Of a DNA stretch of 64,000 nt, positions 38,108-48,800 are shown one piece after another. The stretch spans positions 818-64,817 of the forward strand of contig JAUWHR010000010.1 of NCBI GenBank assembly GCA_030605795.1, given 5' to 3'. Source of the DNA: Anaerolineae bacterium. Its GTDB lineage: Bacteria > Chloroflexota > Anaerolineae > Anaerolineales > E44-bin32. The notes beneath the pieces are model-generated. The model saw nothing but the letters and a program-made list of their open reading frames with translations, was not told the DNA's origin and did no database searches. The translations under genes and the position numbers were made by a program. Each line of letters begins with the position of its first letter. Position 1 is the stretch's first letter.

Positions 38108-38313
38108 CTTTGTCCGCATCGTTGCCGACGCGGCGTTTACCACAAGGTTCCTGTAAGGGGAAGGAACTGGCGGTGGCACACCTGGAGGGCATCCGCTGAT
38201 CTTTCGATATTCCCGGTCCAGCGGTTGGGAGCCGCCGGCTTAGTCCGGTTAACCCTGCCTTGCGGTAGGGAACCCTCGTCCTCGTCACCCCGAGACCCTC
38301 GGGGTCATGCGCT
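38108..38313 (-). ncRNA. glmS ribozyme (GlcN6P-dependent self-cleaving leader)
   Basis: The minus strand reads A|GCGC-aug-ACCCCGAGGGUCUCGGGGU-GACGAGGA...AUCGAAAGAUCAGCGGAUGCCCUCCAGGUGUGCCA...GUAAACGCCGCGUCGGCAACGAUGCGGACAAAG, directly 5' of glmS. The conserved blocks AGCGC, GACGAGG, AUCGAA..GCGGAUGCC..C and GUGUGC match the glmS ribozyme core as I recall it. Confidence 0.8.
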
Positions 38314-38565
38314 AATCCTTCCTTGAGCTGTCGGTTATCGTCCCAGTCACCTCCATTACTTCTCCAGAACGGTCATTATATCCCAATTTCCATACTTAGC
38401 TTAATTTGTACTCCTCCATATTATATGGGTAATTGCATTTTCTCTACATTGACCTCAATCACCGCGGAGCAGGATACAATACCCACATTTCTTACCCAAT
38501 TCTCCAGCAGGTCAGGCTCCCACGCCTGACCATCGGCGGCATGCCCACTCCGCTTCGCCGAAGGT

Positions 38566-38636
38566 CCTGAGCCCTTCATCAAGCTCAGGCTTCGTCCTGA
38601 GCGTAGTCGAAGGGACAGGCTCCGTCGAAGGGCTAC
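38566..38636. repeat. Short repeat family E, second locus
   Basis: cctgagcccttcatcaagctcagg...gggacaggctccgtcgaagggctac shares a 19-mer with 22718-22772. Confidence 0.65.
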
Positions 38637-38637
38637 G

Positions 38638-38704
38638 GGATCCAATCAAGTCCAGTCAAGTCCAGTCAAGCTGGACGAGCGGCTGGATGGACGATTGGAC
38701 GAAC
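38638..38704 (+). repeat. Short repeat family D, copy D1
   Basis: ggatccaatcaagtccagtcaagtccagtcaagctggacgagcggctggatggacgattggacgaac. Inverted relatives at 59314-59389 and 56049-56080. The 21-mer ccagtcaagctggacgagcgg is identical to 56049-56069 in reverse complement. Confidence 0.7.
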
Positions 38705-38887
38705 ACCGGTAAGACCATCCGGTGCGAACGGCGGTCTTCGACGGACCGGGGATGCTGCGCGAGGAGCCGCCTCTACAGGAATAAGTAGATAGGATGAATT
38801 TGCTTTGGAGTAACTAACATACATAACAATAAAATTGGGTCAATACTCGATAGTTATTGTAGGAGACCCTCGTAATTTTGGTAAAAA

Positions 38888-39009
38888 GTAACTACTCACC
38901 CTCCCGCAGGTTTGGATGTTGTTTTGACATAGAATCGCGTCTCGACCGGATAATCAAACTAATAAATGCTCTCAGTTATAACCTGCGGGAGGGTAGGCTG
39001 AGTAGTAAC
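38888..39009 (+). mobile_element. MITE family A, copy A3
   Basis: Same termini as A1. Perfect 8-bp target-site duplication GGTAAAAA (38880-38887 and 39010-39017). Confidence 0.92.
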
Positions 39010-39028
39010 GGTAAAAAATAAATAATAG

Positions 39029-39790
39029 CTATACGAACTCAATCGTATCTGTGGTCGCCTGGCTTAGGTCCGCATACACGCCGCGTCGTTCCTCCGGCAA
39101 CATCGCCGCCAGCACGTACATCGCTTCATCCGTCATCCGACGTAACTCATCGCGCCCTGGACGTTTGGAATACGATCTGAATCTGAACGGCCTGCTCAGT
39201 CGAGCTACAGCCCCAGGCTGGCGCCAACGGCGTGGGCTTATACTTGGAAACCCTACAGTACCCCAAATAGCTACCGGTATAATCGGCGCTCCGCTGCGAG
39301 TGCCCAGATAGGCCACTCCCTCCTTGCCCCGCTGCAAACATGTTCCCCGTGTTCCCTCTGGAGCTACCAGGATCACCTCTCCAGATGAGAGTATCTCTAG
39401 CGCCATGCGAAGCGCCCGGCGATCGACCTCACCACGATGCACCGGGATCGCCTGCCATATCCTGGGGAAAATCCCGACGATGGGGTAGGAGTATGCTTCC
39501 ACCTTTGCCATTGGAACGATGTTGCGCGGAAGACAGCCAAGTATCACAATTGGGTCAATGAACGCAATGTGATTAATCATTAGAATCGCTGGTCCACTCT
39601 CTGGAAAGTTGTCCAACCCCTCGACTCGATCCACTTTTGCCAATACCCGGAAACCGATATGTTTTAACAGCCAACGCAGGATCCAACGACGGCGCTCCAA
39701 TCGAGCGTGATCATATGGCTTTCGACTTTCCCTCCGACTTATCCTTTCAGTGAGCACCTTATCCTCCTGTCGGATACTGCCGGTATACAC
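39029..39790 (-). CDS. 1-acyl-sn-glycerol-3-phosphate acyltransferase family (PlsC-like)
   Basis: HX4D box INHIAFIDP and VAPEGTRG motif. GTG start at 39790. Confidence 0.85.
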   Translation of the reverse strand: MYTGSIRQEDKVLTERISRRESRKPYDHARLERRRWILRWLLKHIGFRVLAKVDRVEGLDNFPESGPAILMINHIAFIDPIVILGCLPRNIVPMAKVEAYSYPIVGIFPRIWQAIPVHRGEVDRRALRMALEILSSGEVILVAPEGTRGTCLQRGKEGVAYLGTRSGAPIIPVAIWGTVGFPSISPRRWRQPGAVARLSRPFRFRSYSKRPGRDELRRMTDEAMYVLAAMLPEERRGVYADLSQATTDTIEFV

Positions 39791-39799
39791 TGTAAAATG

Positions 39800-39986
39800 G
39801 TAACTACTCAGGCATCGTCTGGAAATAGGCAGTTCTACTCACGAAACGGCTTTTTGATGTCATTGCGAGCCTTTCGATACCTCAGGACCTTCGGCTCCGC
39901 CAAGCAATCTCCTGCCTTCAACATGTAAGCAACGGTGGAGATTGCTTCGTCACTTCGTTCCTCGCAATTACAGACTGAGTAGTTAC
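39800..39986 (+). mobile_element. MITE family B, copy B2
   Basis: Near-identical to 4094-4280 with the same 12-nt TIRs. The flanks gtaaaatg / ggagaatg are a decayed duplication (6/8). Confidence 0.88.
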
Positions 39987-40024
39987 GGAGAATGTAAATT
40001 TGATCTTCCGCCCAATTCCACCGA

Positions 40025-40699
40025 TTACGAAGGATTTCCATATACACCGCGATAAGCCCCCGGCATCAAGGCTGCGATGGCGTGCATGATAATATCTGTG
40101 TTAAATTTTAATTCCCGTCTACGAGTCGGCGCACGGGTGTCCACCGGTGGTAGGTTTAACGGCCGCCCAACCACCATGCGCAGCCGCGATCGCACACCAC
40201 GCTTCAAAGTCTTAAAGATCCCTTCCGTTCCCGTCATTCCCACCGGGACCACCGGGACTTGCGCTTTGGCCGCCACATACGCTGCGCCGTGATGGGCTTG
40301 CTGCATGCCCGGGACATGTGAACGGGTGCCCTCGGGAGCAATATAGACGGGCAAGCCTGCCTGTAAGCGCTCGATCATTCCCATGAGCAGAGTTCGATCT
40401 ACCTCTCCGCGGTGGACTGGCATTGCGCCGTAGTAACGCATCAGAAGATTCTGACCAGGGCGATCGAGGATGTCGATAGCTCCGACAGCTTCCAGATCCG
40501 CCGGCCAAAAGGCGAGCACGAAAGCCGGGTCATAGAGGGACACGTGATTGCCGGCTACCAGATAGCCACCCTCCGAGGGCACATGCTCAAATCCTTCTAG
40601 CTCAAACCGGCTTAATAAACGAAATAACATCCGGAAGGTAGGTTTCGCCACTCGTCGGAATAGCTTTATTCGGAGAGGAATTTCGATTTCAGATGTCAT
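40025..40699 (-). CDS. PlsC-like lysophospholipid acyltransferase (paralog)
   Basis: HX4D box GNHVSLYDP and IAPEGTRS motif. 224 aa. Confidence 0.85.
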   Translation of the reverse strand: MTSEIEIPLRIKLFRRVAKPTFRMLFRLLSRFELEGFEHVPSEGGYLVAGNHVSLYDPAFVLAFWPADLEAVGAIDILDRPGQNLLMRYYGAMPVHRGEVDRTLLMGMIERLQAGLPVYIAPEGTRSHVPGMQQAHHGAAYVAAKAQVPVVPVGMTGTEGIFKTLKRGVRSRLRMVVGRPLNLPPVDTRAPTRRRELKFNTDIIMHAIAALMPGAYRGVYGNPS

Positions 40700-40768
40700 A
40701 TTCTCCTCCTCTCAATACCCCATGACCAGGCATCTCATCAGCAGAAGGTAATTAATTTCAGAGGCCCT

Positions 40769-41446
40769 TCAGTTTTGAGCCATCTTCAGGACACGTCTAA
40801 ATACTTGGTCTGCGTCAAGCTCAGTTGTATTAAGGACTATCGCGTCCGCCGCCGCCCGAAGCGGCGCCAAGTCGCGAGTTGAATCGAGCCGATCCCTATC
40901 TCGCATCGAGCGCAATATCTCCTGGTAAGGCTCACCCTCTCCTCGTTCCTGGCATTCCAGATATCGTCGATAAGCTCGTGCTTCATCCGAAGCGTCGAGG
41001 TAGACCTTCAGATCAGCTTCCGGCAGAACAACTGTACCGATATCTCTACCGACCATCACTACCTCACCCCTCAGGCCGATCTCACGTTGGAGCTGGGTCA
41101 TAGCCTGGCGAACGCCTGGATACATCGACACTTGTGATACGTTGGCATCGACCTCAGATGAGCGGATATCCCAGGTAATATCCTCTCCACCCAGAAGGAC
41201 ATCGTATTTCCGGCCATCTCTAATGGAAGGAGGTCGGACGTCAATCGGAAGGCATTTAGCGATCTCGGTCACTATCGCTTCATCTTCGATCGATACTTCT
41301 CGCCGCAAGGCAGCTAATGTTACCGCGCGGTACATCACTCCGGTGTCAAAGTATAAGTAACCAAGCTTGGAAGCTAAACGCTGAGCTAGAGTAGATTTTC
41401 CAGAAGCGGCCGGGCCATCGATGGCAATCATACTCGCTGGAGACAT
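40769..41446 (-). CDS. cmk: Cytidylate kinase
   Basis: MIAIDGPAASGKSTLAQRLA P-loop, FDTGVMYRA and GRDIGTVV motifs. ATG 41446 preferred over the track start. Confidence 0.9.
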   Translation of the reverse strand: MSPASMIAIDGPAASGKSTLAQRLASKLGYLYFDTGVMYRAVTLAALRREVSIEDEAIVTEIAKCLPIDVRPPSIRDGRKYDVLLGGEDITWDIRSSEVDANVSQVSMYPGVRQAMTQLQREIGLRGEVVMVGRDIGTVVLPEADLKVYLDASDEARAYRRYLECQERGEGEPYQEILRSMRDRDRLDSTRDLAPLRAAADAIVLNTTELDADQVFRRVLKMAQN

Positions 41447-41462
41447 TCGTACTCCCCGATTC

Positions 41463-43241
41463 TCATGGTCTAGCCTCGATATCAGACCACTCCATCTCAC
41501 CCAAACTAGCGATGTCTAACCTAATATATAGGATCCAGTGTTCAGGTCGTGTGGAAGCTTGACGTAGGACCCACCACGCGAGAGGGTCTAATGGCAAAGC
41601 TCCATCCCATCCCCAGCGTTCGCCAAGTTTTAACCCTTGACCAGTGTATTCGGCACTCAAAGCCGGTACCACCTCTCCATCTCGAGCCACAAAGGCTGGT
41701 GCGGGATCAACCGCCTGCTCTCCTGCCGATCCAGTAATGGGGAAGCTTCGCAAAGCCCAGGCTAATGAAGGCGTCGCATCTCCATATATTTTTACCCCTA
41801 ACGCATCCACGCGACCTGTGTGTGATTGTGAGATGGTCTCCAGGGTTTCAACCATTATTCGCATCCCCTGGGTACTGACTTGGGGTCGCCACAATTCCTG
41901 TGCGCTCGCTCCTAAAGAGGGGAAATTCAACCGCCAACAAGCGGCAACGTTTAACGCTAAAAGCGCCAAACAGACCACGAGCCCGGCGCTCTCCCCGGCA
42001 AGCGACCAACTCCATCCCAGGCCGAACAAAACTACAACCACACCTGCCAGAAAGAGAACCCCAAAGAACATCCACAAACGTAAGCCGCTATCTATCACAT
42101 CAAATGCCGGCCCGATGCCCGAGGCATAGGCTGCCAATTGCAGATAGGCGTATGCCATTAGAACTAAGAGTAAGCAGGTCAATCCGGTAAACTCCTGCCA
42201 AGTTCTCCTTCGAGCGATACGCTCGACCAGGCCGGCCAACGAACGCGCCGCCAGAGCTGCCAGAGGGATGATCACCCAGATTAAGTCGCTCCCCACGCGG
42301 GCGGGATAAGCTAACATCGCCAATACCCCTCCGCTCACCCAACTAACCGCTGCCAACCCAAGTGAGTCCCGATCGCGCAGGGCATTAAACGCGCCAACGA
42401 TGCCAAATACCAGCACCAGCGGTTCGTAGATCGGCGCCATCGCCAGTGAAGTTAAAGCTGGTATTTCACCCGAAGCCCCCCATCCGGTGATCCAATCCGC
42501 TAAGGATTCCGCCAATCCCGCTATGCCGCTTAGGGAAAACCCGAACCCCGCAGCAACCACCATCATCACCCCCATGGCGATCCACAGACCCTGTCGTATC
42601 TGATCGCCCTGGAGCCACCCTATGCGTTTCCCTCCCGATCTATAACGTCTCACAAACGGGTAGATCGCGCCTAAGCCAACAGCCAATAATCCTTGAAAAG
42701 CCGCGGCGCCAGACGCCAGTGACAGACCCAAGGCTGCCCCCGCCCATCCGATCCGCTTCCGGTTATCCTCCCCTGCTTCTACCCCCATCAATAGTGCGAT
42801 CGAGGTCACCAAACCCAGTGAGGCCAACGAAGCGCCGCCAGCTGTTCGTGACGTGGTCACGAGCACCGGTGAGATGGCGAGTAGAAACGATAAGATGACT
42901 GCGGTTGGACGACCCAGGCGGCGTCGTAAAAGAATTGGGGCTAACACCAGCGCTAGTCCGGCTAATGCTGGGATTAACCTGGCGCCAGCATCGGAAGCAT
43001 CTAACAAGTGAAAGAGAGAGGCAGTGAGCATATGGTAGGCCGGGCTCAGTGGAGTGACCTCATCACCATCCCAAAATGGTGATGCATATGGCGTCACACT
43101 TGCCGCGGTGAGTGCGTAGGCTGATTCCGAATTGGTAAGCGGCAGAAAACCAAGGTTGGCCAACCGTAGCCAGGCAGCCAGCGCGGTGATGACAATGTAT
43201 AGTACTGTTTCAACGCTTATGTATTTTTTACGACTATTCAT
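41463..43241 (-). CDS. Polytopic membrane protein, GT-C-like (possibly the TIGR03663-type partner of YYY proteins)
   Basis: 592 aa, about 12 or more TM helices followed by a ~130-aa soluble C-terminus. ATGA overlap with the upstream YYY gene. The family call is tentative. Confidence 0.6.
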   Translation of the reverse strand: MNSRKKYISVETVLYIVITALAAWLRLANLGFLPLTNSESAYALTAASVTPYASPFWDGDEVTPLSPAYHMLTASLFHLLDASDAGARLIPALAGLALVLAPILLRRRLGRPTAVILSFLLAISPVLVTTSRTAGGASLASLGLVTSIALLMGVEAGEDNRKRIGWAGAALGLSLASGAAAFQGLLAVGLGAIYPFVRRYRSGGKRIGWLQGDQIRQGLWIAMGVMMVVAAGFGFSLSGIAGLAESLADWITGWGASGEIPALTSLAMAPIYEPLVLVFGIVGAFNALRDRDSLGLAAVSWVSGGVLAMLAYPARVGSDLIWVIIPLAALAARSLAGLVERIARRRTWQEFTGLTCLLLVLMAYAYLQLAAYASGIGPAFDVIDSGLRLWMFFGVLFLAGVVVVLFGLGWSWSLAGESAGLVVCLALLALNVAACWRLNFPSLGASAQELWRPQVSTQGMRIMVETLETISQSHTGRVDALGVKIYGDATPSLAWALRSFPITGSAGEQAVDPAPAFVARDGEVVPALSAEYTGQGLKLGERWGWDGALPLDPLAWWVLRQASTRPEHWILYIRLDIASLGEMEWSDIEARP

Positions 43242-45898
43242 GGTCCCGCCTCACTACGCCTAGCGTAAATCCTGACTTCCTCATTTTGATAGATTACATC
43301 CATGAAAATCATAAACTTCTCTTCGTCCAACATACCCCTACTATCAGGATCATAGGTTGTTCGTTCCAATGGTCCAACATAGACATAGTCGATCTGGTAT
43401 TGATCAAGAATCAACTGCGCTTCCATCCAATCGCGGGTCTGGTACAGTCGTTGCACATCGCCGGCGCGCGAACCCATCTCACGGGCGCCGCCTCGCCATT
43501 GGCTTTCATGACCAGGCCAACCGAGTACTGTGTCCAAATATGTGTGGGTCGAGACACGAGCGAAGTAGGTATAACTTCCACCAATGGCCTCGGAGATCAC
43601 CCCTCCCTCCAGCCGGTCATTGATCCATTTGATAGCGGCATAGTCGGATGGATAGTATCTAGCCAGATACGTTGTCCCATCCAGTGTTCGTTCCTCTGGG
43701 GGGTTGAACCCGTTGGTCTTGGTCCATGTCGCCAGGACTGGGTAAAAGAGCCCAAGGATCAAGGGCAGAACAACGGTCATACGTAAAGCTCCACCCAGGG
43801 TTAATCGCCTAGGCCATAGCTCACTGGTTACGTAAGCCGCAGCAACACCCAATAGGATCCATGCGGTGAAGTAGAACTTGAAAATGGTGTTCATACGAGT
43901 GTTGAATTGATCTTTCAGATAAAGGAACTCAGGACCTAGTACGAGCAGCGACCCAACACCGATCAAAATTACCACAAAGGGCAAAACCGAATCGCCTTTC
44001 ATTTTCGATTGTTCAGGATGTCGAGCGCTACGACGCATAAGCAGACCGGCCATGCCGATGGTCGCCCCGAGCGCAAGCGCGGTCCAGGATTTTGTCAGGC
44101 GATTGAGGGATGCCACAATCACATCGCTGATGCTGGTTGCCCCCATCCCATTGAGTATCCCGTCAAGCACTATCGGATCCTGCCTTTGGAGGTAAATCGC
44201 CATCACCGCGCCCAAAGCCCAAGAGAGCAGCAACAAGATCAGTGGTAAACCCACGGCGATCATTGCTAACCATCGCCCCTCTGAAGCCTGCCAATCCTGT
44301 TGAACTTTCCAGATCAACCATACTATGATCGGGATAATAGCTGTGGCAAACATGACTAAAAAGTGTGGAAGCCGGGTCGGGAAAATTAAATTAGGCAAGA
44401 TCCCGCCCGCCTGCGAAGCGAAGCCGGGATACCAGGGCAGGAAGAATAACACTCCCATCACAGTGATGCCAATGGTCGTCCACACAGCGCGCTTGAGCGC
44501 CAACGAAATTGGGTCTGCTCGAGCCGCCCACAAGATAACCGCCAGGAGAATGCCGAAATACATGGGGAAGTCCCATGTATTCACGAAGAGCAAGCCACCA
44601 AACAACCAGGCGCCGAACCAGAATTCACTGCCGGACATCGCCGACGGCAAATATCCTAAAATCACTAAAATGAAAGCGGTCAGCAAGCCAAGTGCGACCA
44701 TTCCTATGACAGCAGTTTTCAAGATCGGCACGATCACCGCCATGAAGGTCATGCCCTCGGCTGCGGCAGATACCCCACGCATAGTCACCATGATGAGCAG
44801 AGCAAGCAGGGCGCTAATTACACCTACAGTGCGTACAGTCGGCGAGAGTTTCACCTGGTTCAATTGGAAACTGCCCCTCTTCCCGGCAAGATAAACATGC
44901 AAAGCGAAACCGAGGATCATCAATACGAAAGGTAGCGCTAGAAAATGGGGATGATTATCCGATAGTAGGAAGGAGAAGAAGGGGAACTCATCGATCACCT
45001 CGATTGAAATTCCCTTTAGGTTTATGTCATTAACCACCCTCGAAGCCCGCCACCACCACCAATTACGTGTGGGAATCCAGCCCTTCTCGGCTAGTGGCGG
45101 ATTGACCAGGTTCTTGAGATTAAGCCAACGCCAGAAACTGGAAGTCATTTCACCGCTGGCATCCTGGCGCCATAAGAATTGTCTGACGTGGAGAAACTCG
45201 AGGAACCCTTCAATGTTCCCGCTGATGAACACGAAGAGTGGTCCGAGTAACGGTGCGGCAAATCGCGTCCGTCTCCCTTGCCGGGCGAGAAGGTTGTATA
45301 GCAATGAGTATATTCCTAGGACGCTTAACCCGAACCACAAACTATTTATTAGGTTATAAGCCACCCCAGAGGAGACCGCTGTCAACCGAGTGAGCAAAGC
45401 CATTTGGACGTATCCAAAGTAGTAGTATGAAATGGCATACCCCGAAAGCCATGGATCACGTGGTGGGAAGGTCTCCGAACTCAGGATGGCGTTCAAAAAA
45501 GCCAAATCCATCCGTTGCTCAGTGTGGTCAATATTTGGATCGTTTGCCCGCACAAAAGCCCATAGGAAGAAGACTACTAAAAAGAGCAGCTCCATCAAAA
45601 GGATCGTGCGCCAATGCGATCGAAACCAGCGACGGATCTCCCGCCATCGCCCCGCGCCGGCCCACAGGCTGAGACCCGCAACAAGAACAACCGCTCCTAG
45701 CGCTCCACCCAGGCTGTTCCTCAACGCCCCGACCGTCGCGCCCAACCAAAGAATATAGCTCGCCAGTGCAATGCCAAGTACACGACTCAAGCCATACCCA
45801 CGGTCCGGCAACCGGCTGAACAAACGCCAAGCGATCGGCGCAGCAATCAATCCCAGCAAGCTGCTTACTGCCCACCAAATCAAGACCGAGCCGATCAT
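43238..45898 (-). CDS. Chlor_Arch_YYY / DUF2298 family integral membrane protein
   Basis: 886 aa. RMDLAFLNAILSSETFPPRDPWLSGYAISYYYFGYV contains the family-defining YYYxG motif (aa 158-162). Highly hydrophobic, with a soluble C-terminus. ATGA overlaps at both ends. Confidence 0.8.
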   Translation of the reverse strand: MIGSVLIWWAVSSLLGLIAAPIAWRLFSRLPDRGYGLSRVLGIALASYILWLGATVGALRNSLGGALGAVVLVAGLSLWAGAGRWREIRRWFRSHWRTILLMELLFLVVFFLWAFVRANDPNIDHTEQRMDLAFLNAILSSETFPPRDPWLSGYAISYYYFGYVQMALLTRLTAVSSGVAYNLINSLWFGLSVLGIYSLLYNLLARQGRRTRFAAPLLGPLFVFISGNIEGFLEFLHVRQFLWRQDASGEMTSSFWRWLNLKNLVNPPLAEKGWIPTRNWWWWRASRVVNDINLKGISIEVIDEFPFFSFLLSDNHPHFLALPFVLMILGFALHVYLAGKRGSFQLNQVKLSPTVRTVGVISALLALLIMVTMRGVSAAAEGMTFMAVIVPILKTAVIGMVALGLLTAFILVILGYLPSAMSGSEFWFGAWLFGGLLFVNTWDFPMYFGILLAVILWAARADPISLALKRAVWTTIGITVMGVLFFLPWYPGFASQAGGILPNLIFPTRLPHFLVMFATAIIPIIVWLIWKVQQDWQASEGRWLAMIAVGLPLILLLLSWALGAVMAIYLQRQDPIVLDGILNGMGATSISDVIVASLNRLTKSWTALALGATIGMAGLLMRRSARHPEQSKMKGDSVLPFVVILIGVGSLLVLGPEFLYLKDQFNTRMNTIFKFYFTAWILLGVAAAYVTSELWPRRLTLGGALRMTVVLPLILGLFYPVLATWTKTNGFNPPEERTLDGTTYLARYYPSDYAAIKWINDRLEGGVISEAIGGSYTYFARVSTHTYLDTVLGWPGHESQWRGGAREMGSRAGDVQRLYQTRDWMEAQLILDQYQIDYVYVGPLERTTYDPDSRGMLDEEKFMIFMDVIYQNEEVRIYARRSEAGP

Positions 45899-48800
45899 TG
45901 GACAACCTCGTAAATCACTGTCTCTCCATCCCGGTAGATTTCTCTCAGCAGACCTGTTTCAGCCATAGCGTCAAATTTCTCCAGTCCGTGAGTCGGGCAG
46001 ACCAGACTCCCCTCAGTGGAATCAGGATCGACCAGCTCACACTCCGCTGGAGACACGTCCGGGGTGGGCATCCCCCATGGCCACCCGCGTAAGTCACAGG
46101 TCACGCTCTGACCGTCGGCTGATGGTAAGCAAGGGTGGACTTGCTCATAGAAAATTCGCTCCAATCTACCAAGGATAACGTACTGTACCCCGTAACGATC
46201 CAGAATTTCAGACGCTTCCTCTACCGAGCGAGTGAGATAGAAATCCAGAATGTCGCGTGCTCGTTCCTCCACCATACCTGGCGGACCGGTGACCCGCTGC
46301 TGACGTTGATGGTTCAACCAGCCGATAACCCCGGGGAGCCCGGTGTAGATCGTGAAACGGTTCCCCCAACGGTATTCAGGGGTGTTGGCCTCGATGATCA
46401 CCGGTGATCCCTGGATGTTGTCCTGCATCCAGCGGATTGCACGATAATCCTCATCAAATTTGAGCTTTTGGCCAAGATCGTAGTAATTGTCCACGAAGGG
46501 CATGAACGCCATACCATCCAACGTACGCGGTGCCTCATTAGCCATGCGATCCCGAATTTTGGCCGGTGTGGCTGCTAATGGGTAGAGAGCAGCTGAGAAG
46601 ACCAGCAACCCGAGAGCCAATATCCAGCCTCGGCGCCATTCCAGGCGCCACGACGGCAGGTCGGCCACGATCCAGGCCAATGCGCCGCCAGCCGCCAGGC
46701 TGAACATATCCCACACTTGGAGATAGAACTTGAAGACCGTATTCATACGACTAATAGTTCCCTTGACCACTACCAGCTCGACCAGAAAAGTCAGGGCGAC
46801 CGCAATCCCGATCAATGTCAAGACCAACCGTTTCTCGACTGCCAAGCCTGGGCGTAGCAGCAGTACTCCAGCCCAAACCATCAGTGGGATGGCGACGATT
46901 GAGACTACAATTCCTTGCCCAGCCAAGACAGCTATAAGCGCCACAAAGCCCACCGCGCCGACGGCGATTGCTCCAAAAGCAGGTCGTAATCGTTGAAGAG
47001 CTGAAAGCGGGGTAACTGCCATCCACGTACGCGTCTCCCAAATCATCCAGGATACAGCCACGAAAAGAAATAACCCGTGTACAGTGAAATAGGCATCTAA
47101 CGGCGTACGAGAACCGTTCCAAATTTCTAATGCACCCCAACCCTGACCGTACCATCGATGGAACGGCTGGTAAAGGTACCGAGCCAAACCTATCAGGATC
47201 AACGCCATCAATCCTGCTTCAATCACCGTCCACGGGTCAATGCGCCGGTGTCTCAACCAAACCGCATAAATAACGGCTATTACCCCAATCACCCAATAAA
47301 CCGGATAATCGGCTATGTTCGTCGGTCCGATTGAGCCAAAGACGAGTCCACCGATGAATAAGCTCAATCCGAGATCGAACCAGCGCCATCGCCTCTTGCG
47401 CGCCGCCGCCAACAGCCAAGACAATCCCCAACCGATCGCCAGCACAGTCAGCGGTCTGCTGATCATGTGCGCGTGCAGATCGGCATACAGGAAAGTGAAG
47501 AAGGGGAACTCGGTGATTGGTCCCGCCTCACCCGGTCCGGGAGGGATCGCCCGGCTCGGGTTCCAGTACCATTGATCGAGCGGGTAGAGCATCTGCTGTT
47601 CAAGGGTCAGGTATCGACCCAAGCCACGCATAGCCTGGCCAATGCCAACCAACGCACTAGCTGGCTCTGTGCCCGATGGAGCACCAATCCGCTTCAGACC
47701 ATCGTAAAACATACGGGCGGTCCCCAGGTTGCCAAGGACAACCAGCGCCACCGCCGCGGCTGATCCGGCCAGGCGTGGATTAGGACGCCGCAAGCTACCC
47801 ATGCTCTTGCGAAACCAGGCCACCAGGTTATAACACACGCTATAGGCGACGAGAGCCAGCAGCGAGAACAAAGTCGGGATCACTAGATTGTAGGCAACAG
47901 TAGGGACAATACCCAATAGCTTGATCGGCATGCCAATAATAACGAAGCCGAAGTAGTAGTAGTTTATGTAGCCCCCGGCGAACCAAGGATCATAGGGCGG
48001 AAATGTCCTGCTCTTGATCACCGCGTTCAGATAGGAGAAGTCCATCGGCTTCTCTCCACCCTTCGCCGGGTGCCATAAATCAGGATTCCCGATCCGGATC
48101 AAAAGGTCGAACAGGAAGAAAGATAATGCCAATATCTCTGTCCACAGGATTTCCCGCCAGTGATCTTGTAAATAGGCAACAAGTTCTTCCCTGTCTCGCC
48201 AGGCGATGGTCAGGGAGAAGGCTGCCATCGCCAGAAGCACGATGAAAATTGTCATCGCCGTAACCGGGACGCCAATGCTGCCTAAGACCCAGCTCCCCCA
48301 AGCAACCAATAACAAACCAACCACGCGGGCGAGAGGGTAGCCGCCATCTACAAATCCAGGGAAGGCGACTCGGGTGATGGGGAAAGCCAACAATCCCACT
48401 AGGCCGATTACAATCCACCAAACCACCACCCCGACCACCGGAGATCGATTGATCAGGCTATTTCGGTTGAAGAGGTCAGACCAAGTTCCCGAAGTCTGCT
48501 GCGCCTCCCAGCGATCGGCTGGGAGCATGAGATCAGTTGGAATCTCCATAGAACCGACATCTCTGGGCAGCACATGGACCACGCGGCTGATGTCCACCTT
48601 TTCCAGGAGTTGGCTTACCCTTTGATCGGAGAAATCGTCGGATTTCTTGAACACTAAAACTTTCGGGTGGTCGTATACGGTGAACGTCTCTTCGGAACCT
48701 TGGTCGTTTATCTCGATTGGTCCCAACCTGGGGTTACTTTGGAAAATTTTTATTAGTTCGTATCCGAGATCGCCCTGGATTTCCCCTGGTTTGGCAACTG

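Noticed and set aside
38323-38645. ORFs 38323-38529 (+), 38421-38645 (-) and 38028-38288 (-) around the glmS leader.
   Set aside because: They overlap the ribozyme or the family D/E repeats. They have no start context and show repeat-derived peptide sequences.
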